A DNA stretch of 64,000 nucleotides from Blastocatellia bacterium (lineage in GTDB: Bacteria; Acidobacteriota; Blastocatellia; UBA7656). Positions 1-10,081 of this stretch are shown here, in pieces. Location of the stretch: the NCBI GenBank assembly GCA_963765495.1, contig CAVXWP010000002.1, forward strand, positions 448,001 to 512,000, in the 5' to 3' direction. The position numbers were made by a program, and so were the translations under genes. Numbering within the stretch: position 1 is the stretch's first letter; each line of letters opens with the position of its first letter. The notes under the pieces were generated by a model, which was not told where the DNA came from, searched no databases, and saw only the letters and a list, made by a program, of their open reading frames with translations.

Positions 1-1980
1 GTTCGGACCTTCGGGCGTTTCGATTGGACAGATGCGCCCGTAGTGAGTCGGGTGCACGTCGCGCACTTCGAAACCTGCGCGCTCTCTTGAGAGCCCGCCC
101 GGCCCAAGCGCCGAAAGTCTTCTCTTGTGAGTGATCTCCGAAAGCGGGTTTGTCTGGTCCATAAACTGCGACAACTGCGATGAGCCGAAGAATTCACGAA
201 CCGCGGCAGTGACCGGCTTCGCGTTGATCAGATCGCGGGGCATCGCCGTCTGCATCTCTTGATGTATGGACATCTTCTCTTTGATGGCCCGCTCCATGCG
301 CACAAGCCCGATGCGGAACTGGTTTTCAAGCAGTTCGCCCACGGCGCGCACGCGGCGATTGCCCAGATGGTCAATATCATCCGGTTCGCCAAATCCCTTG
401 CGCATCTTCAACAGGTAATCGATCACCTGAATGAAATCCGCAGGCGAAAGCGTTTGCTGTTCTATACGGTCGCGTTCGGGTCGGCCCATCTTAATGTTAA
501 ACTTCAAGCGGCCCACGCGCGAAAAATCGAATTTGCGCTCATCAAAGAACATCCCCCTGAAGAGATTCCAGGCCGTAAGAATTGTCGGCGGATCACCGGG
601 GCGCATCTTGCGATAGATTTCAAGTATCGCATCGCGCGGCGTCTTGACGCTGTCCTTTTTGAGCGTGGCGCTTGTGGTCGTGCCCACGTTATCGCGTTCG
701 GGAAAGAATACCTCTATCTCGGTTACGCCCGATTCCAGAATCTGCTGCCACTCTTTCTGGCCAAGCTCGGTGTTTGATTCGGCTATCACCTCTCCGGTTT
801 CGGTATCGACTATATCGTCTACGATAAACGCGCCTTCGATCTCCTGAGGATCTACCACTACAGACTTGATCTTTGCTTTCACAAGCTGATCGATATCGCG
901 TTTGGTCAGCTTTTTGGCATTTGAACCGCCGCGCACTATCGTTTCGCCCGAAGAGTCTTCGGCAGATTCGGCCAGGTGCAATCCGATCAGACCTTCACCT
1001 GGTTCAAAGCGCAGCAGACCAGCCTTTATCTCAGCCTTTATGGTCGTATAGAAGAAGCGCAACGTCTCGGCATCCGAGAAGGAGGCGCGTTTGATCTCAT
1101 CCTCAAGCTGGGAATCAGACCCTATGCGATCCAGGTCTATCTTTTCCATCAACCCGAGGGCGCGCAGGAAAATCGTGCCTAAGAACTTGCGTTTGCGATC
1201 TATGCGGACATAGAGCAGATTCTTCGTATCGTATTCGAACTCTACCCACGAGCCGCGATAGGGGATGACTTTGGCCAGAAAATATGTGTTGTTGTTGGCC
1301 TTTTCAAAGAAGACGCCCGGCGAGCGATGAAGCTGGCTGACGATCACGCGCTCGGTTCCATTTATGATAAAGGTTCCGTTGTCGGTCATCAGAGGAATCT
1401 CGCCAAAGAAGACCTCTTCTTCCTTGATGTCGCGTATGGACTTCTGGCCCGTGTCCTCATCCGTGTCCCAGACAGTCAGGCGAATCTTGACCTTAAGGGG
1501 CACCGCGTAGGTCATAGACTTTTCCTGACACTCTTTTTCAGAGTGCTTATGCTGTAGCGTGACCGGCTCGCCGCAGTTGTCGCACAGAGCGGGCGAGACC
1601 GTATTGACCGTGCCGCACTGCGAGCAGACCACATCTTCTGCCGCGTAAGGATTTACGCGCAGTATGGCTCCGCAAGAACGACAGTTTGTTCTAAGATGGT
1701 AAAGGCCTTCGAGTTGGCCGCATTTACATTGCCAGTTGCCTATAGAGTATTCGACAAATTCGAGTTGTGAAGTCTCGCGGAAATCGCTTATCGGGAAGAC
1801 CGAACGAAACACGGCCTGCAACCCGATATTTTCGCGCTCGGCAGGCAACAGGTCCATTTGAAGAAACCTGTTATAGGACTGCCTTTGAACCTCTATCAGG
1901 TTCGGAATTCGAATCGCCGTCTTAATTCTGGAAAAATCGTACCGTTCGCGGCCGATTACATTATTCGCATGTGCTGACAT
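1..1980 (-). CDS. rpoB: DNA-directed RNA polymerase subunit beta, 5' part (runs off the window start)
   Basis: Manual translation: [20 protein letters not shown]...PNLIEVQ; [28 protein letters not shown]; [21 protein letters not shown]. Follows rplL. Absent from the ORF track because it is truncated. Confidence 0.99.
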   Translation of the reverse strand, partial: MSAHANNVIGRERYDFSRIKTAIRIPNLIEVQRQSYNRFLQMDLLPAERENIGLQAVFRSVFPISDFRETSQLEFVEYSIGNWQCKCGQLEGLYHLRTNCRSCGAILRVNPYAAEDVVCSQCGTVNTVSPALCDNCGEPVTLQHKHSEKECQEKSMTYAVPLKVKIRLTVWDTDEDTGQKSIRDIKEEEVFFGEIPLMTDNGTFIINGTERVIVSQLHRSPGVFFEKANNNTYFLAKVIPYRGSWVEFEYDTKNLLYVRIDRKRKFLGTIFLRALGLMEKIDLDRIGSDSQLEDEIKRASFSDAETLRFFYTTIKAEIKAGLLRFEPGEGLIGLHLAESAEDSSGETIVRGGSNAKKLTKRDIDQLVKAKIKSVVVDPQEIEGAFIVDDIVDTETGEVIAESNTELGQKEWQQILESGVTEIEVFFPERDNVGTTTSATLKKDSVKTPRDAILEIYRKMRPGDPPTILTAWNLFRGMFFDERKFDFSRVGRLKFNIKMGRPERDRIEQQTLSPADFIQVIDYLLKMRKGFGEPDDIDHLGNRRVRAVGELLENQFRIGLVRMERAIKEKMSIHQEMQTAMPRDLINAKPVTAAVREFFGSSQLSQFMDQTNPLSEITHKRRLSALGPGGLSRERAGFEVRDVHPTHYGRICPIETPEGPN

Positions 1981-2290
1981 ATCTCTCCTCGATCACCAGG
2001 CAAGAAAAAGCTTGCAGTCAGTCATTCAAGCTCGGAAAGGTTCTGGAGAAGCTGTCCACGCAAAACGGGGTAAGTCACGCGAGGGTATCTCCCTTTGCCG
2101 GCTCGCCACAAACTCACTGCAAGCTTAAAAGAAAGTAAAGACAAAAATGCGAAGCACGGCTGAAGACACATGCTCCAACCGCGATATTCGCGTTTTTTTA
2201 AGCACCAATTTAACTCTACTATCGTTGTCGTTCCTAATATCGTCCTGGAACAATAATACACTCCAGGCGCTTAAATGGTCAAGCTCAGCA

Positions 2291-2340
2291 AACGGGCAAC
2301 GGGCAACGGGCAACGGGCAAAGAGCGTTAAACTCTTTGCC
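2291..2340. repeat. AACGGGC x4 heptamer array ending in a hairpin (GGGCAAAGAG/CTCTTTGCCC)
   Basis: Read directly; lies in the rplL-rpoB spacer. Confidence 0.9.
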
Positions 2341-2376
2341 CTCAGTATTTTGCCCCGCAATCTATTCACTGATCGA

Positions 2377-2766
2377 CTACTTGAGTTCGACAGTAGCCCC
2401 TGCGTCTGTAAGCTTCTTCTTGACGGCTTCGGCCTCATCCTTGGCCACGGCTTCCTTGATCGGCTTGGGCGCGCTCTCGACAAGGTCTTTGGCTTCCTTA
2501 AGACCAAGCGCCGTAAGCTCGCGAACTACCTTGATGATGCCGATCTTCTTGCCGGGGTCTGCCATGCCGGTAAGAATTACATCAAACTCGTCTTTCTCTT
2601 CCACGGCAGGCGCGGCGGCAGCGCCTGCGGACGGAGCAGCAGCCACGGCTGCTGCGGCAGCCGATACGCCAAACGTGTCTTCCATCATTTTCACCAGCTC
2701 AGAAGCTTCGAGCAGGGTGAGGTCTTTGATCTGATCAACTATTCCTTGCAGCTTATCCTGTGACAT
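2377..2766 (-). CDS. rplL: 50S ribosomal protein L7/L12
   Basis: [11 protein letters not shown], Ala-rich hinge, [24 protein letters not shown]. Confidence 0.99.
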   Translation of the reverse strand: MSQDKLQGIVDQIKDLTLLEASELVKMMEDTFGVSAAAAAVAAAPSAGAAAAPAVEEKDEFDVILTGMADPGKKIGIIKVVRELTALGLKEAKDLVESAPKPIKEAVAKDEAEAVKKKLTDAGATVELK

Positions 2767-2933
2767 AACTAAACGTGTCCTCCTAAATATCTTATCTCAA
2801 TTGACTATGGTCGGCCCGCTCAATTGGTGCATCTCCAAGTCCAGCGCGCCCGCGTGGTCGCCTCACTGACACAAGGCAAAGCGACCGCTCTTGATTGCGA
2901 CAAAATCGAGCGCGAGTTTCCACAAACCCGCTC

Positions 2934-3024
2934 GATTTTAGATTTTAGATTTTAGATTTTGGATTAAATGGGATCGGTGTTTGAGCCCCAATCCAAAATC
3001 CCAAATCTAAAATCCTAAATTCTA
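2934..3024. repeat. Inverted heptamer array (GATTTTA)n ... (AATCYAA)n
   Basis: Left arm 2934-2965, right arm 2990-3024; the right arm overlaps the rplJ stop codon. Confidence 0.9.
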
Positions 3025-3546
3025 AGCGTTTTCCTTCTGAGCGCGCACCTGATCTATAACTATCGTCAGGTTGCGCGCGACACCGGCAGTTACGACAGCC
3101 AGCCGTTGAGCGCCACTGTTTATCAGGAACATCATCTTCGAGATCAACTCTTCCTTTGAAGGCATCGTAGCCAGGGCTTCGATGTCTTTGACCTCAATGA
3201 CGCGGCCCTCGACGATTCCGGCCTTAAACTTAAAAACCGGGCTTTCCTTGGCCCACTTGGATAAAACCTTGGCAAGTGTAACGGGGTCATCCTTGGAAAG
3301 CGCCACGGCCGTTGTGCCTACAAAATTCTCTTTTAGGCCTTCCAGCGGTGTACCTTCGGAGGCGCGGATAGCCAGGGTATTCTTCACGACCCGATAAGAG
3401 AGATTGGCCTCGCGCAGTTCGCGCCGCAGCCTCTCGTCGTCAGCCACCTTGATCCCCTGAAATCCAACCAGCAGCGCATTTGGCGCCTCTTGAAATTCTT
3501 TATTGAGTATCTCGATCTCTTGATCCTTTTGTTGCCTTGTCTTCAC
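3022..3546 (-). CDS. rplJ: 50S ribosomal protein L10
   Basis: LRRELR...YRVVKNTLA, LATMPSKEELI; GTG start at 3546 chosen from the GAGG SD. Confidence 0.97.
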   Translation of the reverse strand: MKTRQQKDQEIEILNKEFQEAPNALLVGFQGIKVADDERLRRELREANLSYRVVKNTLAIRASEGTPLEGLKENFVGTTAVALSKDDPVTLAKVLSKWAKESPVFKFKAGIVEGRVIEVKDIEALATMPSKEELISKMMFLINSGAQRLAVVTAGVARNLTIVIDQVRAQKENA

Positions 3547-3570
3547 GATTCGACCTCTCAGGTTCCGCAA

Positions 3571-4254
3571 TTAAAACTCTGCGGTGTTCAAATTGATGCC
3601 CGGCCCCATAGTTGATGAGATCGTGGCGTTCTTGACATACTTACCCTTGGCGGCTGCGGGTTTTGCTCGCATAACAGCGTCGATCAGAGTCCTGGCATTT
3701 TCAACCAGCCGTTCTTGATCAAAGCTGACCTTGCCTACCCCGGCGTGGATGACTCCGGTCTTATCAACGCGGAATTCAACCTTTCCGGCCTTGGTTTCTC
3801 GCACTGCGCGGCCCACCTCAATAGTCACCGTGCCGGTCTTTGGGTTGGGCATAAGGCCGCGAGGGCCGAGGATCTTTCCAAGCTGACCGACCGATCTCAT
3901 CATGTCCGGCGTGGCGATCAGCGCATCGAAATCGAGCCACCCGCCCTTGATGCGCTCAACTATGTCGTCGCCGCCGATCTCGTCGGCCCCGGCTTCACGC
4001 GCTTCCTCAACCTTATCGGCCGAGGTGATGACGACTACCCGTTTCGATTTGCCCAGGCCGTTGGGAAGCACTACCGTTCCACGGACCATCTGATCAGCCT
4101 TTCGCGGATCGACTCCGAGGTTCATATCGACTTCGAGAGTCTCATCAAACTTCGCGTAGGCTATCTTTTTGGCGAGTTCGACCGCTTCTTCTACCGAATA
4201 GAGTCGATTGCGATCAACCTGTTCGGCTGCTGCTTTGTATTTCTTTCCTGCCAT
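3571..4254 (-). CDS. rplA: 50S ribosomal protein L1
   Basis: [44 protein letters not shown]. Confidence 0.99.
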   Translation of the reverse strand: MAGKKYKAAAEQVDRNRLYSVEEAVELAKKIAYAKFDETLEVDMNLGVDPRKADQMVRGTVVLPNGLGKSKRVVVITSADKVEEAREAGADEIGGDDIVERIKGGWLDFDALIATPDMMRSVGQLGKILGPRGLMPNPKTGTVTIEVGRAVRETKAGKVEFRVDKTGVIHAGVGKVSFDQERLVENARTLIDAVMRAKPAAAKGKYVKNATISSTMGPGINLNTAEF

Positions 4255-4266
4255 ATTCTTTCTCCC

Positions 4267-4307
4267 AGGTGATTAACGTGGCCGGATATTGATCCGGGCC
4301 ACTCCCT
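4267..4307 (-). promoter_or_regulatory. Putative L1 autoregulatory RNA site upstream of rplA
   Basis: Minus strand reads AGGGAGTGGCC-loop-GGCCACGTTAATCACCT, a stem with a GGGAG/asymmetric bulge just before the SD, resembling L1-binding leaders. Confidence 0.5.
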
Positions 4308-4450
4308 AAATAGACTGTCAGGTTTCCTGCTTCTGTTTGGAGGATCGCTCAACCTGAAATCGGCCACAGCAGCCCGTTTGGGCTTATACTACCGGGTGGC
4401 CCGTAGAAGAGGGAAAAGCTACCTTCGCAAAACCGGCGCAGGAGAGAGGA

Positions 4451-4876
4451 TCAGTCTACGACTTCAAGCCCCATATTGCGGGCAGTTCCCTCGATGGTGC
4501 GCATAGCCGACTCTACCGAAGTCGTATTCAGATCGGGCAATTTCGTCCGGGCAATCTCTTCGACCTGTTTGCGAGTAACCCGTCCGATCTTATCGCGGTT
4601 AGGACGAGCGGAGCCCCGGTCGATCCCTGCTGCCTTCTTGAGCAGGTCGGCCGCAGGCGGCGTCTTGGTTATGAAGGTAAAGGAACGATCAGCAAAAACG
4701 GTTATAACCACAGGGATTTTCATATCTCCCATGTTGGCTGTCTTGGAGTTGAAGGCTTTGCAAAACTCCATGATGTTTACGCCGTGCTGACCGAGCGCAG
4801 GACCAATAGGCGGCGCGGGATTTGCCTTCCCGGCCGGCACCTGAAGCTTGATATATGCGGTAATTTTTTTTGCCAT
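4451..4876 (-). CDS. rplK: 50S ribosomal protein L11
   Basis: [40 protein letters not shown]. Confidence 0.99.
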   Translation of the reverse strand: MAKKITAYIKLQVPAGKANPAPPIGPALGQHGVNIMEFCKAFNSKTANMGDMKIPVVITVFADRSFTFITKTPPAADLLKKAAGIDRGSARPNRDKIGRVTRKQVEEIARTKLPDLNTTSVESAMRTIEGTARNMGLEVVD

Positions 4877-4942
4877 AATTGGGTCACTTGCGAGCCGGGC
4901 CACACCATAGCGCGAACACTCGACTCTCCCCTTTCTACTTGA

Positions 4943-5018
4943 AGGATGAGGGATGAGGGATGAGGGATGAAAAAGACTTTAACTGCTTACTCACCCTTGT
5001 TCCTCGATTCTCACCTTC
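4943..5018. repeat. (GGGATGA)x4 array with a degenerate inverted arm
   Basis: Units at 4943-4970; decayed TCACCC/TCACCT arm at 4991-5018 next to the nusG stop. Confidence 0.85.
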
Positions 5019-5020
5019 GA

Positions 5021-5584
5021 TTACTCTTCTTCAGAGAACGTTAATCTTTCTACGTCTAAAAAGTTCAACTCAACGGGCGTTGAACGTCCAAATATAGTAA
5101 CCATCACTTTCAGCACGCCTTTGTCCGGGTTTATCTCCTCCACCTGTCCGGTGAAGCCGCTGAATGGGCCCGAGAGTATGCGAACGTGTTCGCCGTGCGT
5201 AAAAGTATGCTTTGGCTTGGGCTTTTCTGCCGCCTCTGTTACATGGTGGACAATCTGATCAACCTCATCCGGGGTGAGCGGTGTAGGCTTTTGCCCGCCG
5301 ACGAACCCTGTCACCTTCGGTGTAGATTTGATTATATGCCAGACCTTCTCAGATACATCGCCCTTCTCATCGGTGTTTATTTCAACGAGCACATACCCCG
5401 GAAAAAACATGCGCGAGGTTTCCACCCGCTTCGAGCCGCGCATCTCAACTACGGTCTCAGTCGGCACGAGCACCTGCGATATTTCGTCCTGCATATCGTA
5501 AGCCTGTATGCGCGAAAGGAGCGATTCGCGCACCTTCTTTTCATAGCCGGAATATGTATGAATTATGAACCATTGTTTTGCCAT
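5021..5584 (-). CDS. nusG: Transcription termination/antitermination factor NusG
   Basis: [50 protein letters not shown]. Confidence 0.99.
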   Translation of the reverse strand: MAKQWFIIHTYSGYEKKVRESLLSRIQAYDMQDEISQVLVPTETVVEMRGSKRVETSRMFFPGYVLVEINTDEKGDVSEKVWHIIKSTPKVTGFVGGQKPTPLTPDEVDQIVHHVTEAAEKPKPKHTFTHGEHVRILSGPFSGFTGQVEEINPDKGVLKVMVTIFGRSTPVELNFLDVERLTFSEEE

Positions 5585-5596
5585 AAGTCGCTCCGC

Positions 5597-5914
5597 CTAC
5601 CTTATAGCCTGTTCAAGATACTCGAATCCAATCGTGACAAGCCTGTCTACGCCCCACAAATAGAAACCGAAAAAGACGACCGCTATGAGCACGATTACCG
5701 TAGTGCTCCACACCTCGGTGCGGGTGGGCCAGGTGGTCTTGCGCATTTCCAGTTTGACGTTGTGATAAAAATCGCCGATCCGGCCGCCAAACGACAGCTT
5801 TGGCAGGCTTACGGATCTTCCCTCTCCGCCATCATCACCACCCCCGCCCGTGCGCGCAGGTTCCCCGCGTAATTCTCTTCCCTCTTCTTCCGGGAATTCG
5901 GTTACTCGACTCAT
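5597..5914 (-). CDS. secE: Preprotein translocase subunit SecE
   Basis: EMRKTTWPTRTEV motif plus a single TM helix; lies between tRNA-Trp and nusG. Confidence 0.95.
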   Translation of the reverse strand: MSRVTEFPEEEGRELRGEPARTGGGGDDGGEGRSVSLPKLSFGGRIGDFYHNVKLEMRKTTWPTRTEVWSTTVIVLIAVVFFGFYLWGVDRLVTIGFEYLEQAIR

Positions 5915-5969
5915 TACTCCACCTGACTTTCCTTTGCTAAAACGAATACCAGATTCGCTCAAATCTTTC

Positions 5970-6045
5970 TGGCAGGGGTACCAGGATTCGAACCCGGCCT
6001 TACGGTTTTGGAGACCGCCGTGCTAGCCGCTAACACTATACCCCT
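5970..6045 (-). tRNA. tRNA-Trp(CCA)
   Basis: Cloverleaf with GTTCGAAT T-loop, anticodon CCA, encoded 3' CCA; canonical position before secE. Confidence 0.97.
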
Positions 6046-6112
6046 GTTCAAAATCGCTCAAAAAAACATCTTCCGACTGAATCGCCTTCAACCTGTTCAG
6101 CGAGCCGCGAGA

Positions 6113-6265
6113 CTACTTGGTTTCCCTGTGGGCAGTGTGATTTCTGCATGTGTTGCAGAATTTTTTAAATTCAAGCCTGTCCGGCGTCTTCTTTTTATTC
6201 TTGGTCGTAAAGTAATTACGATTCTTGCACTCCGTACACTGAAGAACAATGTTATCTCTTGGCAT
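6113..6265 (-). CDS. rpmG: 50S ribosomal protein L33 (zinc-binding type)
   Basis: Manual translation [50 protein letters not shown] (below the ORF-track cutoff). Confidence 0.97.
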   Translation of the reverse strand: MPRDNIVLQCTECKNRNYFTTKNKKKTPDRLEFKKFCNTCRNHTAHRETK

Positions 6266-6391
6266 AACCCCTCAACTTCGAAACTTAAATATTAACAGTA
6301 AATTCAACGACCTGCATACCCATCGAGGAATCTTAGGCCGTGTAGTTCCATTGAAAGGGCGAAAAAGCCTCCTTTTTCACCCTTATCATCA

Positions 6392-7579
6392 CTATTCAAT
6401 GACCTCGGAGATAGTGCCTGCTCCTACCGTTCGCCCTCCCTCTCGGATCGCGAACCTCAACCCCTTCTCCATCGCTATCGGCGTGATCAATTCCACTTCC
6501 AATGCACTGTTGTCTCCTGGCATCACCATCTCTACTCCTTCTGCCAACTGCGCCACTCCCGTCACATCCGTCGTACGAAAGTAAAACTGCGGCCGGTACC
6601 CGCTGAAAAACGGCGTGTGTCGCCCTCCCTCTTCCTTCGTCAAGACATACACTTCCGCCTTGAACTTCGTGTGCGGCGTGATCGACCCCGGTTTCGCTAT
6701 CACCTGCCCTCGCTCTACCTCTCTTCGCTCCACTCCTCTCAACAATAGCCCCACGTTGTCTCCTGCCATCCCAGAGTCCAACAACTTCTTGAACATCTCC
6801 ACTCCCGTCACCACCGTCTTGCGAGTCGGCTTCATCCCCACTATCTCTACATCCTCTCCTACCTTCACCTGCCCTCGCTCGATTCGCCCTGTCGCCACCG
6901 TACCTCTCCCGCTGATCGTGAATATATCTTCCACTGGCATCAAAAACGGCTTGTCAACCTCTCGCTCCGGCTGCGGAATGTAGCTGTCTACGGCTTCCAT
7001 CAACTCGTCTATGTTCTTCTCCCAGTCCCCTTCTCCGTTCAACGCTCCCAAGGCCGATCCTCTCACCACTGGAATGTCGTCCCCTGGAAATCCATAACTC
7101 GATAGCAACTCTCTTACTTCCAACTCCACCAGGTCCAGCAACTCCTCGTCATCTACGGCATCGACCTTGTTCATAAAGACGACCATCGCTGGCACGCCCA
7201 CCTGTCGGGCCAAAAGTATGTGCTCGCGAGTCTGAGGCATTGGACCGTCTGTGGCTGCAACGACAAGGATCGCCCCGTCCATCTGAGCCGCGCCCGTGAT
7301 CATGTTCTTGATGTAATCGGCGTGGCCCGGGCAATCGACGTGAGCATAGTGACGGTTGGCCGTCTCGTACTCAACGTGAGCAGTGGCAATCGTGATACCG
7401 CGAGCCTTCTCTTCGGGTGCGTTGTCGATGGAATCGAAGGACCGGAAGGTGATCTTAGGGTTATGCTTAGCAAGCACCTTGGTGATAGCAGCGGTCAAAG
7501 TGGTCTTGCCGTGGTCGATGTGTCCGATGGTGCCGACGTTGACGTGCGGCTTTGACCTGTCAAATTTCTCCTTGCCCAT
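6392..7579 (-). CDS. tuf: Elongation factor Tu
   Basis: [25 protein letters not shown]; 395 aa. Confidence 0.99.
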   Translation of the reverse strand: MGKEKFDRSKPHVNVGTIGHIDHGKTTLTAAITKVLAKHNPKITFRSFDSIDNAPEEKARGITIATAHVEYETANRHYAHVDCPGHADYIKNMITGAAQMDGAILVVAATDGPMPQTREHILLARQVGVPAMVVFMNKVDAVDDEELLDLVELEVRELLSSYGFPGDDIPVVRGSALGALNGEGDWEKNIDELMEAVDSYIPQPEREVDKPFLMPVEDIFTISGRGTVATGRIERGQVKVGEDVEIVGMKPTRKTVVTGVEMFKKLLDSGMAGDNVGLLLRGVERREVERGQVIAKPGSITPHTKFKAEVYVLTKEEGGRHTPFFSGYRPQFYFRTTDVTGVAQLAEGVEMVMPGDNSALEVELITPIAMEKGLRFAIREGGRTVGAGTISEVIE

Positions 7580-7610
7580 ATCTCTCCTGTATGTAGCTTG
7601 AGTCGTAGGC

Positions 7611-7685
<75 letters not shown>

Positions 7686-7708
7686 CTCGGTCACACTCAA
7701 GAATATAA

Positions 7709-7783
7709 TGGAGCGGGAGACGGGACTCGAACCCGCAACACCTAGCTTGGAAGGCTAGTGCGCTACCATTGCGCTACTCCCGC
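7709..7783 (-). tRNA. tRNA-Gly(TCC)
   Basis: Cloverleaf, anticodon TCC, encoded CCA. Confidence 0.97.
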
Positions 7784-7834
7784 CCTTAAAAATTCAAATC
7801 TCAAACTTCTGATCTCAAATCTGAGATTTCAGTA

Positions 7835-7922
7835 TGGTGCTGGGGGTAGGATTCGAACCTACGTAGAGCCTAAGCCCGTCGGGTTTACAGCCCGATGCCA
7901 TTAACCACTCGACCACCCCAGC
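7835..7922 (-). tRNA. tRNA-Tyr(GTA)
   Basis: Cloverleaf with a long variable arm, anticodon GTA, encoded CCA. Confidence 0.97.
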
Positions 7923-7976
7923 ACTCGTGGCAGCCTCAATATTTATTATCAAGCCTGCGCTTAAATCACACAACTC

Positions 7977-8052
7977 TGGAGCCGGTGAAGGGATTCGAAC
8001 CCCCGACCCTCTGATTACAAATCAGATGCTCTACCAACTGAGCTACACCGGC
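7977..8052 (-). tRNA. tRNA-Thr(TGT)
   Basis: Cloverleaf, anticodon TGT; completes the thrU-tyrU-glyT-thrT-tuf arrangement. Confidence 0.97.
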
Positions 8053-8089
8053 ACACGGGGAAGAAAATCCCCTTCTCCACAAAGGGACA

Positions 8090-8118
8090 ATAATAAGCAA
8101 ACGGATAAAAGATTGCAA
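8090..8118 (-). promoter_or_regulatory. sigma70 promoter of the tRNA-tuf operon
   Basis: TTGCAA-17nt-TATTAT on the minus strand, ~35 nt before tRNA-Thr. Confidence 0.7.
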
Positions 8119-8182
8119 GAGGGAAAAAGAGATTCTTGCGGGCGTGACCTTGTCCGACTCTCTTTGCTATGATTGACCTCCT

Positions 8183-9112
8183 ATGCGACAAATCGCCCTG
8201 GCGATAGTACGGCGGTTACTGGTTCTCCTTCCGGTCCTCTGGGCCGTCGTCACACTTGTATTCCTTCTGATTCATATAGTTCCAGGCGACCCGGCAGTCT
8301 TGCTGGTGGGCGAAAATGCCACTCAGGAGCAAATTCAGGTCGTCCGTCATGATCTCGGCCTTGATAAACCGCTCATCGCGCAATACGGCGATTACTGGAA
8401 AGGATTGGTGAGAGGCGATTGGGGTGTCAATCCCGTGACTCGGCAGCCCGTGCTCGCCCGCATAGCTACCAGATATCCGGCTACGATAAAGCTGGCTCTG
8501 GCTGCGATGTTTATCGCCACGCTTTTTTCGATCCCGCTTGGAGTGACGGCAGCAACTCATCGCGGCAGCTTCGTGGACAGTCTTTCGACGCTTGTTGCGC
8601 TCCTCGGTATCTCGCTTCCCAGCTTCGCTCTTGGCCCGCTCCTTATCCTTCTATTCTCAGTAGAGTTAGGCATTACGCCCGTATCCGGCGCAGGCGGCCT
8701 CGACAATTTGATACTTCCCGCAGTGACGCTCGGCGCGGCTCTTTCGGCGATACTGACGAGGATTGTACGCTCAAGCGTTCTCGAAGAGCTTGGAGAAGAT
8801 TACGTTCGGACCGCCCGGGCCAAGGGATTATCTGAAAAAAGAGTCATCTATAAACATGTGCTGAAGAATGGATTGATCCCCGTCGTCACGGTGCTTGGTT
8901 TACAGTTCGGGGTCTTGCTTGCGGGGGCAATAATCACCGAGCGCGTATTTTCCTGGCCGGGCATCGGAAGCCTGCTTGTCGACAGTATAAGCGAGCGCGA
9001 TTATAAACTGACGCAAGGCTGCATCCTGGCTATCGCAACTACGTATGTGCTGGTAAATACATTGACTGATATCTTTTACCGTTTCCTCGATCCGAGGATC
9101 AAGGTTGATTAA
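8183..9112 (+). CDS. Peptide/nickel ABC transporter permease (DppB/OppB/NikB family)
   Basis: PGDPA, GLDKPL, EAA loop DYVRTARAKGL, ERVFSWPGIG, LDPRIK. Confidence 0.95.
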   Translation: MRQIALAIVRRLLVLLPVLWAVVTLVFLLIHIVPGDPAVLLVGENATQEQIQVVRHDLGLDKPLIAQYGDYWKGLVRGDWGVNPVTRQPVLARIATRYPATIKLALAAMFIATLFSIPLGVTAATHRGSFVDSLSTLVALLGISLPSFALGPLLILLFSVELGITPVSGAGGLDNLILPAVTLGAALSAILTRIVRSSVLEELGEDYVRTARAKGLSEKRVIYKHVLKNGLIPVVTVLGLQFGVLLAGAIITERVFSWPGIGSLLVDSISERDYKLTQGCILAIATTYVLVNTLTDIFYRFLDPRIKVD

Positions 9113-9155
9113 GGAGGCAGGCCGTTTTATTGACCCTGTCTACAAACATTAAATT

Positions 9156-9968
9156 ATGAACCGAGTAGCAAAATTCGGATTTGTAGCAGTTGGTCTGCTG
9201 GTATTACTTGCGGTACTGTCGCCCTTGCTCGCCTCGTGGGACAGGGTCCAGAGCCAGGACCTTGGCGCACGCCTGGAATCGCCGGATGCCGCGCATCCGA
9301 TGGGGCGCGACCAGTTGGGACGCGACGTTTTAGCCCGGATAATTTACGGCGCAAGAATTTCTATGCTTGTAGGCATCTCGGTCGTCGGGTTGTCATCCAT
9401 CGCGGGCGTATTGATTGGAGCGATTTCAGGCTATAAGGGAGGATGGACAGACCGAATCATTTCGGGCTTTCTCTTTAATGTCTTTCTCTCCTTTCCGGGC
9501 ATACTTCTGGCCATCGCTATGGTAGCTTTCCTCGGGCCGAGTCTTAAGAATTTGATCATTGCCTTATCGGTGATCGGATGGGTCGGCTATGCCCGGCTTA
9601 TGCGAGCCCAGGTACTGAAGGTTCGCGAATATGATTTCGTCACCGCTGCCCGCGCCCTCGGAGCAAGCGATATAAGAATAATACTCAAACACATATTGCC
9701 AAATTCCATCCAACCCCTGATCGTTCAGGCATCGCTTGGCATGGCGGGCGCTATTCTTGCCGAAGCCGGATTGAGTTTCCTGGGTCTGGGAGTGCCTGAG
9801 CCAATTCCCTCCTGGGGAAAGATGATTGACGATTCACGCGAATTCTGGTTCACCGCCCCGCACCTGTTTATCTTTCCCGGCATAATGATCGCCATCTCGG
9901 TTCTTGCCTTCAACTTTATCGGAGACGGATTGCGCGAGCGCCTCGACCCGAGACAGAGGAAGGGATGA
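9156..9968 (+). CDS. Peptide/nickel ABC transporter permease (DppC/OppC family)
   Basis: HPMGRDQLGRD, FVTAARALGA, EAGLSFLGLG, GDGLRERLDP. Confidence 0.95.
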   Translation: MNRVAKFGFVAVGLLVLLAVLSPLLASWDRVQSQDLGARLESPDAAHPMGRDQLGRDVLARIIYGARISMLVGISVVGLSSIAGVLIGAISGYKGGWTDRIISGFLFNVFLSFPGILLAIAMVAFLGPSLKNLIIALSVIGWVGYARLMRAQVLKVREYDFVTAARALGASDIRIILKHILPNSIQPLIVQASLGMAGAILAEAGLSFLGLGVPEPIPSWGKMIDDSREFWFTAPHLFIFPGIMIAISVLAFNFIGDGLRERLDPRQRKG

Positions 9969-10081
9969 GGGATGAGGGATGAGGGATGAAAAGGACTCTG
10001 AGGAACTATTCTGATAAAGAGCGAGTCACTATTAATCAAGCTGACACGGCAAATTCTTTTTCATCCCTCATCCCTCATCCC
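9962..10081. repeat. Inverted heptamer array (GGGATGA)x4 ... (TCATCCC)x3
   Basis: Read directly; supplies the stop codons of both convergent flanking genes. Confidence 0.95.

Noticed and set aside
60-200. Possible rifampicin-resistance substitutions in RpoB cluster I
   Set aside because: [26 protein letters not shown] matches the sensitive consensus.
259-1557. Plus-strand ORFs of 61-172 aa over the first 1.6 kb
   Set aside because: Antisense shadows of rpoB. The same applies to most overlapping ORFs in the track (e.g. 2147..2734, 21726..22577, 45806..46855).
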